Assembly: GCA_937625935.1 (NCBI GenBank)
Contig: OW569368.1
Coordinates: 1-64,000, forward strand
Reading direction: 5' to 3'
Origin: Tetramitus jugosus
Lineage: Eukaryota > Protista > Heterolobosea
DNA length: 64,000 bases
The number at the start of each line of letters is the position of its first letter. Position 1 is the stretch's first letter. Below, one piece after another: positions 31,437-42,128 of this stretch. The position numbers were made by a program, and so were the translations under genes. The notes under the pieces were generated by a model. It was not told the origin of the DNA. It searched no databases and was given only the letters and a program-made list of their open reading frames with translations.

Positions 31437-34259
31437 TTATAGCGTCATAATGGTTTGTGAGCGTTTCTTTGAAACAGCAAAGCCAGAAATGATTTTTTGT
31501 GTTTCTTTTTCCCGTTGTAATCTCTTCATGGCCTGATAGAATTCACTCGTGTGGAACCTCGAGTAACTGTCTGTCAACACAAGGCTCACTTCTCTTTGCA
31601 AACGATCAAAAAGTTCATCAGGATATGAGCCAGCTTCAAGAGCCCAAGGTAGATTCAGTGTATCTTCTGCCAACATCACTTATGACAGTAGCCAAAAGCA
31701 ACACGAACGAGCGGTGGACCACCGCTTACAATATTGATTTTATTTTTGATTCTCGCGAGGGAATCTTATTTTTCCGCCCCTTTTTTTGCGAACTCGAGAA
31801 AGAACAAAGAACCACCAATCACTGTCCCCTGTTGTACTGTTCATTGAGTGTTCAATGGGTCGTACGAGAGAACGTGGGACATTGATCTCAGATTCCGCAC
31901 CTCTGGCGAGGAATTGATTATAGATTCGAGGCACGAGCTCACATCTCTTGGACGGTTCACTCTCCTTGTATTCGAGCACGACTACAGAGAAGTGAAAAAG
32001 GAGAGTTAGATTGAAATGTCGGCGATGTCAAGTTGCGTAAAATGTCAAGAGGTACATACCCTCATAGAATTTCAAATTTTCAGCTGACCATTCATGCTGG
32101 CAGAACAGGGCGAATATGTGCCGAAGATCGGGGCTGCTCATTACTTCTTCAAACAGGATAGCGGATGATGTTTCATGCTCAATTGACTCATCACTGTCCA
32201 TATTCTGTGTCGAGCAGTCGTTAATAGACTTACGGTTTGACCGCCAATTGTATTCTAAATACACCCATTCTGTGTTGTATGTGATACATGGCAAATCCTC
32301 TTGCGATTGTTCTTTCGATATGTATGGCTCGAGGTACGATATGATATTTTCTTTGGTAATATGACTGATGGATAACATGCTCCACATCTCTCTCCACTTT
32401 TGATCATTTAAGAATCGAGAGACAGATAATAAAGAGGCCAAAGCACTTGGTGCACTTCCTGAGCAAAGATCCTTTCGATATTGTCTCAAGAGCGATGGTA
32501 GGATGATCTCTCTCTTATCGACATCAAATCTTACGTGCTTGTTGATGTAATTGACTGCAGCATGATCTAAAACTTGATCAATTGTCTCAATTGAGATGGC
32601 TGAGGGAATCGCACTTGAATGACACCCATTGCATAGTATGAAATGAATTCTATAGTCGAACTGAGTAGTCGGTCTATATTCTTCTAGATAGTACTTGTAA
32701 TCTGGAGCGGACTGATGTCGCAGGATAACGTGATAAAGATCATTAGGACAGACTTTGTATGGTCCTATGAAGTAGAAATCAGTCTGAAGAAACACTTCTC
32801 GAGAAAAAGAATCGTCTGCACAACCTCTGACAATCAAAGCATGAATTACCATCATGTTGTAAACATTGATAAAGAGAGACAACTTTTCCTCGTCGCCCAA
32901 CATACTAACATCCAATTCTCGTAATAACTGAGCCACCATCTTCATTTCATTAAACTGATCGCTGATAGAGATGGATACATAATCTACGTAGTCCTTTGTT
33001 ACGAATGGATCTGACAGTACACGGGACATGACGGCTTCTACTTTCCGGACAATGATCATGCTTGAACACGATTGATGAACTTTTTGCCAAAAATTCTGCT
33101 CTCGATTATCATACATCATAACGTTGATAATATCATTATACAGTCTAGGGTGTTCCATATTCATGAAGCGATAGTACCGATCAGGATGAAACTGATCCAC
33201 ATGACAAGGGTGGTAGGGAACAGGAACAAGTACATATAATCTGCGCTGTTGTTGATAATATCTATAGGATTGACTATGCGGAGCAAATACACGATTCATA
33301 AAACATAAGATATCATCCCACGTCCAGCTATTTGCGAATCGATGGAACAGATATTGCATTAAATAGATTCCTTGAACACAACGACCAACATCACTGCATA
33401 CTGAAACAGCAGTCGAATCAGTTTCGCTTTGAGGAGCTTGATCTTCAAAGTGAAAAGCAACCGATACATACATGTCATGTATTAACTGACACAACTCATG
33501 TTCTAATAACAAGTCATCGACCAAAGTAGTTTCATTCTTCTTCGCAACAATACAATTCACATCAGTATGCGATGCACTGATTGGAGAAAAATTGCTTCTG
33601 ATCTTGTCCATAATGGTGCCACGGCGAGGAGACGGCGTGTTAGGTCGGATGTCATCTCTTGTTGCATCTAAGCAATGGAAATCTTTGGTGGGTATGAATG
33701 GCAACGAAGAATCAGTTGTATCACATTGTAGTTCGTCTTTGTCGATACGAATACTATCTTCACTATCATCATATTCATCGTCAGCAGGTTCCTGTAGCTC
33801 TCCTCTATATGACAACAACACAATAGATTGATGACAAGTCTCACTATCGAGTGAATGGTCATCAAAAGAGCAAGTAGAATAAATAGATATTCTCTTATTG
33901 TTGTACAATGCGTTCAGATGATCGCAATCATGACTGACCAAACATGTCACACTCCAATCATCGCAGTCGTAGTCTCTTTGCGCGCCATAATTTTCCAATT
34001 CCCAATCCTCGAACTCCGACTTGGAGAAATAATCCTCGCTTGAAAAAGAGAAAGCACTCATGAGATTGCATGTACACAGCCATTCTTCATCACTGTTGTT
34101 ACGAAAACTGGAATCGTTGTTGTTGGGAGTGTACATGGGATTCTCAAAAATTGTTATCTCGTTGTCCAATAACTCATTCTGATGAACCATACACCACTCT
34201 TCTTCTTCTGGCGCGTCATTGCAGAGAGAATTCTGTGGTCCTAGGTACAGAGGATTCAT
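31437..34259 (-). CDS. DUF547 + C-terminal RGS domain protein; intron 31982-32059; RGS interrupted by a 192-bp insertion
   Basis: DUF547: EKLSLFINVYNMMVIHA and DYRIHFILC. RGS: FALFCQHEWSAENLKFYE, IYNQFL..AESEINV and LFDRLQREV..DSYSRF. Confidence 0.85.
31630..31822 (+). repeat. 193-bp exact direct repeat, copy 2 (inside the RGS exon)
   Basis: Identical to 30826-31018, offset 804 bp. Confidence 0.95.
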
Positions 34260-34709
34260 GTATGGTTGATGTGTTGTCAGTTTGTGTCTGGTTGGGCTGA
34301 ATAAAATCCTGTGGGAAAATTGTTCCTCTGCTCTTTGCCCCAAAAAAGGAGTGGATGCTGACGGGTGAAGTTTGGGACCTTCGTACTTGAGACTTTGCGG
34401 GAATCAACAATTGAGACAAAATAAATGGTTGAGCTGGAGTTGTTTTCTTTGTGTTGAATGCTGCAGGAAAAGCATCTCTAGTCTGTCTCAAATGGAGGGT
34501 CACAACTTTGATATGACCTACTCCGGAAACTCCATGTGAGTCTTGGAGGCATGGAGGAGAAACACAGATGACACATCGAAATCAATAATTCCCCGATTAT
34601 GGGAATCGGAGAGGCAAGGTGCTAAGACCACACTCCAGAACATTGTTCTGATCATTATCCATCAGAAACATCGTTCGCAAGCTCAGTGCATCTTTGAAGT
34701 ACAAGCAAA

Positions 34710-36662
34710 ATGAAGAAAAATCTTGTCAATAACGCTAAGTTGGCGCGATTGGTAGTTGGCACCGTTGTGCTATTGAGTATTAGTTTATGGCTAGTAAGAG
34801 CTGGTTCTTGTGCTTCAATGTCCGCAGATAGTCAATTTATCCAGTCCTGTATTGACTTTTGCGTTAAGCAGCGCAAAATTCCATCCAAGAATCATTGTAA
34901 GCTGTATTGTGAGGGAGGTCTTAAGAAGGTGAGGCATACAGAGTTGGGATCAGTGGAGATTTATGTTGATGACCAATTGATTGTCAAGACTAAACACAAT
35001 CGAGGTGCAGGCAAGAACGATCAACGACAAAATCGTCACCCAAAGACTCATCATCAGATGAATCATCCGACTAAGAAGCATTCTCGAGGAGAGTATGAAG
35101 AGGAAAGTGATCTAGTAGCAGGGAAACTGACATCAATCAATTCTGCCAGCATTGTTTCTCCTGAATATGGCTCATTCACAACTTCATTGGTTATTAAGCC
35201 TCAACTCGCTCAACTTACAAAGTTCCCCACTCTAAATCTTGATTTAATCAAGGATTTAGAGGTTCATTCAACTGTATCAAACTTTGACAGGAACTTTTAT
35301 ACTACACCATCATCGTTCGATGAATTGATTGCATATCAAGGTGAATTGATGCAGATGTTATACAAGGAGGCGAGTCAAGTTTTCCAAACTCCTGGCGTGC
35401 AATATCCTGAGGGTACCATGATTCATATGTTACCGATGCCGATTCCAGTGTCTCAAGAACAGTTGAATAATCAAGAGTTTATGAACTCAATGTTCAATGT
35501 TGTTCCTGAAAACCAATTAGAATTCACGGTATCAAGTCCCTTGACCTTCTCAGATGCTCATAAGGACTTCCTCTTGAACGTGAAGACAGATAATGCTCAA
35601 CACAATCAAGGACTAACAGCAGAACAGAGCCAAACTGTTGCAAACTTAGAGAGTCAAGCACAACAATATATGAGTGATTTCATGCAACTTGCTGTGCTCT
35701 GTCAGAATGCTTATGATTTGTACTTGACTCAGAATGACTTGAGACCAATATCTTACACTTTGGATAAGTTTACTCCAACGAATTCAGACTGCGTTCAATC
35801 GAATGAAAAGTTGCTCCTTTACCAACAAAAATCAAAAGAAGTGTCTGACTATTTGATGAACATTAATCCGTATAATGAGTTGTACGTTGCACTCGGGAAG
35901 CAAACAGTGAATAGGCCCCATTGGTCATATGGCAAATCAGATATAGAAGCGTTTAGAAACTATCATAGAAACTTGGATGAGCACTCTCAATCATCCAGAA
36001 GCAGCATGTTCAGCATTCCGATTAGCGTTTGTAAGTCATTCTTCAGAAAGCAGTATTTCGGTGATGTCGAATCGACTGATGCATCACTGAGAGCATCATT
36101 ATCATTCACTGGATTGGGTTGGCAAGAGATCTCAGTGGATCCTAGCTCGGAATGGTTCAACATCAACACTGTATCCAAGTACGCCGATTATCCTCAATAT
36201 ACAACAAAGAATTACTTTGACTCTAAGGGGTTGTTGTCTAGAATGCCTATCAAGGCTCTCATTGCCTACAAACCAAAACTGAAGATGAGAATAAGCAGCA
36301 AAATGAAGCAAGAGTTTGTTCAGAGATCAATCTCCTCTGTTTCTCGTCCCTTTGAAGTTGGTCCCTTTGTATTCAATCGCGTCGATATTCATAGTGTCTG
36401 GGGTTCAAGCTCTGACTTGCAGTATGAAATGGAATTGACTTGCAACCTCAATGACCCTCAAGTATTTGCCATCAAAACTGTGCCTGTAGTGCCTTCCAAG
36501 TTCACTGGCTCTCAACCCGTAGTACCGAATCCTTCACCATGTCCAACACGTTCCATACTCACAACATTTACTCGAGTCAGAGACTTTTCCCTCTTACTGA
36601 CCAAGCCATTGACTTTCCAGCCAAGATCCGTATTATCTGGCGTAAGGAGAAGTATTGTGTAA
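34710..36662 (+). CDS. Secreted or membrane-anchored hypothetical protein, 650 aa
   Basis: Hydrophobic N-terminus, small Cys-rich module, long intact ORF. Confidence 0.8.
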   Translation: MKKNLVNNAKLARLVVGTVVLLSISLWLVRAGSCASMSADSQFIQSCIDFCVKQRKIPSKNHCKLYCEGGLKKVRHTELGSVEIYVDDQLIVKTKHNRGAGKNDQRQNRHPKTHHQMNHPTKKHSRGEYEEESDLVAGKLTSINSASIVSPEYGSFTTSLVIKPQLAQLTKFPTLNLDLIKDLEVHSTVSNFDRNFYTTPSSFDELIAYQGELMQMLYKEASQVFQTPGVQYPEGTMIHMLPMPIPVSQEQLNNQEFMNSMFNVVPENQLEFTVSSPLTFSDAHKDFLLNVKTDNAQHNQGLTAEQSQTVANLESQAQQYMSDFMQLAVLCQNAYDLYLTQNDLRPISYTLDKFTPTNSDCVQSNEKLLLYQQKSKEVSDYLMNINPYNELYVALGKQTVNRPHWSYGKSDIEAFRNYHRNLDEHSQSSRSSMFSIPISVCKSFFRKQYFGDVESTDASLRASLSFTGLGWQEISVDPSSEWFNINTVSKYADYPQYTTKNYFDSKGLLSRMPIKALIAYKPKLKMRISSKMKQEFVQRSISSVSRPFEVGPFVFNRVDIHSVWGSSSDLQYEMELTCNLNDPQVFAIKTVPVVPSKFTGSQPVVPNPSPCPTRSILTTFTRVRDFSLLLTKPLTFQPRSVLSGVRRSIV

Positions 36663-36765
36663 GCTTCATCCAATAAATGCTTCAAGCCCAGTCACGCACA
36701 CCAAAGAAAGTTCTCAACTCAATGAAACACAAAAAATAATTGCATTGTGTTCGGAGCTAAGAAAG

Positions 36766-38856
36766 ATGGCACAAGAGCAACAATCATCATCAAGGCATCA
36801 TCAAACACAGACAAGCAATGATCAAACAGCAATGATCTCCACTGCTGCTCGTCTCTTCCAAACGAGCAACAAACGGAAAATTGATTTTTTTGAGATGAGA
36901 GATCCATTCAACAGCTCAAACACTGTTTCTGGGTTCATTAATCAACAAGAGGGTTCAAACGGTGGCTCTATTCTCATTACTCATGTCCAATCATCATCAA
37001 ACAAGGTTGTGCAGCAGCAATTGATTCATGGTACTCCAAAGCTTCACTATCCCTATCAAAACTATGATGATTATGAGTGGAAGGATTTTACCCGTGTCGC
37101 AACCAGTCGTCATGACGACTCTAAAGATCCTAACCAGAAAAGCAAGAAGGGTAGCTCAAAGAAGAAGAAGAAGAATCCAAACAGTCAAACAACAGTTGCA
37201 ATTGATGATGATGATGATTCTCAGTTGGACTCTGTTGTGATTGCAAACAAGTGGAACGGAACGAATATTTTGTTTTTTGTCTATCATGATGATCAAGGAC
37301 GTGTGTGCTTGTCTGCAAAGACAAAGGGTCGTGCATTCTTGCAGAATAATCGATATAGTCCATTGTTGGATCTTACTTTGAGTGCACTAGGAATGAAGCA
37401 TAATAGTAATGATGTCGATCGGTTCATTGAAGATGGGAAACAATATTGGAGCAAGATTCCATTCTTGCGATATTGGATTGAAAGGATTTTGGATGGTACG
37501 AATGAGTGGCAATCCATCTCGTGTGAACTGTGTGGACAAGGCGAACCACATTTGGTGAAATATGATTTTGAGTTGGCTCTTGTGCCACTCTTTGTTCAAA
37601 GCTTCAACGGATTGATCACTCCGATTCAACTGTACGCAAAGGAGATGGAGCAGGAGGAGAGCTATAACTCTGACGCCATCATTGAGAAGATTACTGATAT
37701 AAAGGTGTTGCATGAGAAGATGAAGCAACTTCAGAAGGCAGACTTGGCCAAAAATGAACAATATCGAACAGAGAATAACTTGAAACACAGATACGAATAC
37801 AATCACTTTATTACAGAAGGTAGAGTAATGTATTGCTTGAACAAGAAGGGAAATATATTGAATAGGAACAGTATCTACAAATTAAAGCCATCGGATGTGG
37901 AGGAAGTTCATTGGGCTACATTTGAGAGTCACATCAAAGAGCGAGTCAATGAAGCGGTTCGGAAGTGTGTGGAACGAAATAGAGAACTCAATCTCGAGAA
38001 TATTAGATCAGAGATGGATATGCGAGAAAAGGAATGGAGCAAGTTTGGTCAAAAAGTGGCCTATCATGTCGAATGTGTATTGAAACCTGAGGGTTTAACG
38101 GGTGCACCAATCGATAAACGTTGTGTGTTCATCTTATGTGGACTGCCTCGTACTCACAAAACTCAATGGGCTCAACAACTCGAAGAACTGTTCAACAAAA
38201 GGAAGAGTGAAGAAGATAGGAGCAAACACTTGAACGATCCAACGAATCATTGCCTCGAAATCATTAATCAGGATAATCCTCAAACGAATTCTTGGAAATT
38301 ATGCGTGTCTAGAGTGCCTATTGTGCTCCAGAGAAGAAACAGTGTAGTGTTTGATGATTGCACCGAAAGCCAAGCAAAAAGAAAGGAAGTAATCGAAGCA
38401 GCACAGTCAGAAGGCATCTCCCTGGATCAAATATTTGTGATATACTTTGAATCAAACCAGGAAACATCAGAAGAAGGGAAACCCTCTCGCACTGAAGCTA
38501 CGAGCAACACACGAACTGGTCGTAAACGTGCAAATGACCGGCTCTCCATCAACGCTTCAACCTTCCAACCACCATCAAAAGAAGAACTCGGTCCCATTAT
38601 CCAAATCCTTACGGTCAATCGCAAAACAGGGGACGAGATACCCGAATCCTTATGCCGTAAGAAGAATGAAGTTGATGAGAACGATTCTCTCGCACTAAAG
38701 AAATGTTTGCAGATTCTCATGGACATGGAACAAAGTGATGATGATGCTTCGAGTCAAAGGGGTGAGAAGAGACAAAGACAAGGCGAGGAAGAAGCAGAGC
38801 TCAATGCACCAAAAAGAGCAAAAACAACAGATTCACATTTCACAAATCAAGAATAA
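36766..38856 (+). CDS. ATP-dependent RNA-ligase-like nucleotidyltransferase fused to a P-loop polynucleotide-kinase-like domain
   Basis: Ligase motifs I KWNG, III CELCG, IV TEGRVMY and V YKLK. Kinase region FILCGLPRTHKT, IINQD and VVFDDC..KR. Confidence 0.72.
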   Translation: MAQEQQSSSRHHQTQTSNDQTAMISTAARLFQTSNKRKIDFFEMRDPFNSSNTVSGFINQQEGSNGGSILITHVQSSSNKVVQQQLIHGTPKLHYPYQNYDDYEWKDFTRVATSRHDDSKDPNQKSKKGSSKKKKKNPNSQTTVAIDDDDDSQLDSVVIANKWNGTNILFFVYHDDQGRVCLSAKTKGRAFLQNNRYSPLLDLTLSALGMKHNSNDVDRFIEDGKQYWSKIPFLRYWIERILDGTNEWQSISCELCGQGEPHLVKYDFELALVPLFVQSFNGLITPIQLYAKEMEQEESYNSDAIIEKITDIKVLHEKMKQLQKADLAKNEQYRTENNLKHRYEYNHFITEGRVMYCLNKKGNILNRNSIYKLKPSDVEEVHWATFESHIKERVNEAVRKCVERNRELNLENIRSEMDMREKEWSKFGQKVAYHVECVLKPEGLTGAPIDKRCVFILCGLPRTHKTQWAQQLEELFNKRKSEEDRSKHLNDPTNHCLEIINQDNPQTNSWKLCVSRVPIVLQRRNSVVFDDCTESQAKRKEVIEAAQSEGISLDQIFVIYFESNQETSEEGKPSRTEATSNTRTGRKRANDRLSINASTFQPPSKEELGPIIQILTVNRKTGDEIPESLCRKKNEVDENDSLALKKCLQILMDMEQSDDDASSQRGEKRQRQGEEEAELNAPKRAKTTDSHFTNQE

Positions 38857-39059
38857 AAGAAGATTGTGTGTGTGAAATCAACAAGTGGTTGCCTTCGTGC
38901 CACACACAAAGCCAAGGACATTGGACTATAGCACCATTTGTTGAATGATAAAGATATCCTACCACAATAAACTCAAATGTTCAAATAACAACAATGTGAT
39001 GATGACTCTTGAATGTTATGGTTGTTATTATTATTACGATAATGATAGTTTGATATCAA

Positions 39060-39230
39060 CACACACGCACACGCACGCACACATATGATGATGATGATGA
39101 TGAGGGGAGGTGGGAGATAAATGATGGAGGAGGAAATTCCTTGTGTACAGTTGTGTCTCTCAATCATGACGATGATGATGATCATCATTACATTGCTTTG
39201 CTAGGGGGGTGGGGGGTGGTTTTGATGGGA
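39060..39230. repeat. Microsatellite and G-rich cluster between convergent genes
   Basis: (AC)n, (GCAC)n, (GAT)n and G runs. Confidence 0.7.
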
Positions 39231-39298
39231 TAGATGAAATTGGAAATTAGATGTTTCTTGGTGGTTGCTTGCATTTCGTCATTAAAAGAAGGCCTTTT

Positions 39299-40053
39299 TT
39301 ACTTCTTCTCAGCCTTTTTCTTCTTCTTTTCTCTCTCCTTGATTTCATTGGCCAACCAATCGAAACCAAACTTGAGTCCATCACCAGTCTTTCCACACGT
39401 GGCAATCATTTTCCAACTTCTCTTGCTCAATCCAGTAGTACTGCTAGAGTTGAGTCCCAAGTTTTCAGTAATTGCATTGGCGCCCTTTGCGTTAGGCAAG
39501 TCTTGCTTATTGGCACAAATCAGGAGAGGAACCTCCTTGAGTTCCAAGTCTTGGAGCACAGAGTGAAGAACTTCTTTTGTGTCTTCCATCCGTTCTTCAT
39601 CAGCAGCAGAGTCAACAACGAAAACGATGGCACCTGCGTGCTTGTAATAACTCTTCCAGAGTGAACCTATATATTTTCATGTTTTGTTGTTTGTTTTTGG
39701 TTGTTTGTTGTTTTCATTGCATGAGGTTTTTTTTTTGGTCATTGCGCAAAAATTTCATTGCAAGTGAAGAAAGTGGTTAGTTTTTTTTTCTTCTTCTTTA
39801 GATTTGTGACAGTGATGACGATGAGAAATAACATACGAAATTGTTCTTTTCCTGGTAAATCCCAAGCTCCAAACTGCAAATTCTTATTTTCCTTTGAGTG
39901 GAAATGAGTGACAGAGTGACCAGTAGTTGGTTTAATTTGGTCCAAGTCTGCTGGTGGCTTAAATTCATTGGAGCAAACATTGATAATGGTTGTCTTTCCT
40001 GAACCGTCTAATCCCAGGAACAATACTTGTGTCGTTGTTTGAACGTTGCCCAT
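39299..40053 (-). CDS. ARF-like small GTPase (ARL6/BBS3-like); intron 39667-39836
   Basis: MG myristoylation start, GLDGSGKTT, PTTG, WDLPG, spliced FRSLWKSYY, ANKQD. Confidence 0.9.
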
Positions 40054-40508
40054 TGTTTTTTTTTTGTTTGTTGTTTGTTGTTTTGTTGGTGATATGCTGT
40101 TGTTTGTTTTTTTTTGAGAGTCTAGAGGTGGTGGGGTGCTTTTCCAATGTGTAACTTCGAGTGTGGTAGGTCGGCACACAGCAGTGCTGTGAGCGTCCTT
40201 CCTGGAGAGAATCCTTGTTTTAATCCCCACTATATTTTTGACAAGTGACATTGATGGATGTCCGTCCCGACTGTAATTGAAGTTTTTGTTCTTGGCGCCA
40301 AAAAATAACTTCACCAAAAAACACGAAATTCCTTGTTCGCATTCCTCGTTGAACTACAAATTATTTTAAGATTGACTCCTCTTTCGAAAAGATTCAATGG
40401 ACACACCAAGCCAATCAATCACAAGAAAACAAAACTCAAACAAGCACGAACATACTGCTATCATCATCTCGAGAGAGATAGGTAAACAAAGTTACATTCA
40501 TATTCTTC

Positions 40509-41951
40509 ATGTCGTCCTATCACGATCGCGATTACATGGATGATGTACTCAGTGAAGTCACCAAGGAAGCACATACGCGAACCAAAAATACATCACTGAG
40601 CTCTCACTACAGTCACATCAACAATCATCAAATAACAACAACAACAAGTACAAATAGTAAAAAAATTGCCCAGAAAAAAATTGGTGATATTGACCCTGAG
40701 GTACTCAAGCGTTATCAAGTCGGTCACCATGAAGTTGTCATTCCCTCCCATTTGATTGCACCGGAGAAACCAAAACGAGTTCCGCCATCGCGAAAACCAA
40801 AACAACAATCGGCAGGAGAAGCTTCTACTGCTACTGCTTTGTCATCAACCAAGCGCAGTGCATCATCAACAACAACAAAAACAACAACAAATAGAGCAGC
40901 AAACTCGGGAACAAATGCAAAAACAACAACACAAAGCAAAAAACAATCATCATCATCATCCACTACCAAGTCATCCAAAGTAACACAACCATCCAAATCA
41001 AAAGATAGAGATTATTCTTCAGTTTTTGATGATGTTATCAATCCTTCTCGGACATCTACATCAACTCATAAAACCATCAACAACAACAACAACCATCATA
41101 ATAACAGTAATGATGACTCTAGAAGAAGGAGTGGTGATAACCGAGACTCAAGACTATTATCAAGCGAAACGAATCGATCATCAGTGACACACAAAGACTC
41201 ATCTAATCATCGCAATCGATCATCATCACTATCATCATCATCTTCAGTGCATTCTCCTCCAAAAAGTCGCAGCACCAGTAGTGCTTCATATGCGACAAGT
41301 CGACCGATCGCTGATCGAGGTACTACAGTGAGAAGAGATCAATTATCATCGCGAGAAGAAAGTTATCGGTTGCAAAAGAATGATCATCGGTCACTATCGT
41401 CTCGTGATTCGATTGCAATAATAAAAAAGAGACCTCATCCTTCATCGACAGCGCGCAGATATCGTGATGGCGATGAGGAAGAAGAGGAAGAAGACACTAG
41501 ATATCGCCGGCACAATAGATATCGCGATGAGGAAGAAGAGGAAGAAGATGAGTATGAGGATGACTTTATTGATGATGGACCTCGTAAACCAAAGAAAAAG
41601 TTGCCTCCTGCACCTTCTAGTCGCAGCTATCCTCCCAATCCTTATCTCATGAATCCGTATATGCGCGATGATGATGGTCATGGCGCAACAGATTTACGTT
41701 CATTGATTCGATCCATTGTCAAGAGACCAGGACAAAGAGGATACAGAGACGAGTACAGTGATGATGATGATGGCGATATGGAAGCTAGAGTGGCCGATAT
41801 TGACGAAGAAGAACAGAGAGCAGAGAGAATTGCCAGACGGGAAGACAAAGCGGACAAGCTGGAAGAGGAACGACGTCGCAAAGAGAGAGCACTGCGACTC
41901 AAAAACAAAGAGAAACAACAACAACAACAGAATAAAAAGAGAAGGATATAA
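40509..41951 (+). CDS. SPT2: SPT2-like chromatin protein
   Basis: C-terminal DMEARVADIDEEEQRAERIARRED matches the SPT2 domain pattern. Confidence 0.8.
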   Translation: MSSYHDRDYMDDVLSEVTKEAHTRTKNTSLSSHYSHINNHQITTTTSTNSKKIAQKKIGDIDPEVLKRYQVGHHEVVIPSHLIAPEKPKRVPPSRKPKQQSAGEASTATALSSTKRSASSTTTKTTTNRAANSGTNAKTTTQSKKQSSSSSTTKSSKVTQPSKSKDRDYSSVFDDVINPSRTSTSTHKTINNNNNHHNNSNDDSRRRSGDNRDSRLLSSETNRSSVTHKDSSNHRNRSSSLSSSSSVHSPPKSRSTSSASYATSRPIADRGTTVRRDQLSSREESYRLQKNDHRSLSSRDSIAIIKKRPHPSSTARRYRDGDEEEEEEDTRYRRHNRYRDEEEEEEDEYEDDFIDDGPRKPKKKLPPAPSSRSYPPNPYLMNPYMRDDDGHGATDLRSLIRSIVKRPGQRGYRDEYSDDDDGDMEARVADIDEEEQRAERIARREDKADKLEEERRRKERALRLKNKEKQQQQQNKKRRI

Positions 41952-42128
41952 TGTGCGACAAGAAAACAAACTATAACCTCACTTCTCCAATACTTGCATC
42001 ATAAAAGTATTGTATCCACACACACACACATCCAAGTTTGCATCATTCACAAGAATAAAAATATGTCGATAAGATATCATAGATGCTGTGTACTGCAGTG
42101 CACAGAAAATCAATAAATCTCAAATATA

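Noticed and set aside
30854-31885. Two ORFs sharing MYLLPTSLMTVAKS.. as a paralogous gene pair
   Set aside because: The identity comes only from the 193-bp duplicated segment, and the starts are non-ATG.
36655-36765. Overlap or translational coupling between the secreted protein and the ligase gene
   Set aside because: The overlap depends on a GTG start. The first ATG is at 36766, after a normal leader.
39200-39232. G-quadruplex as a functional element
   Set aside because: Short G runs inside a microsatellite-rich 3' intergenic region, with no further support.
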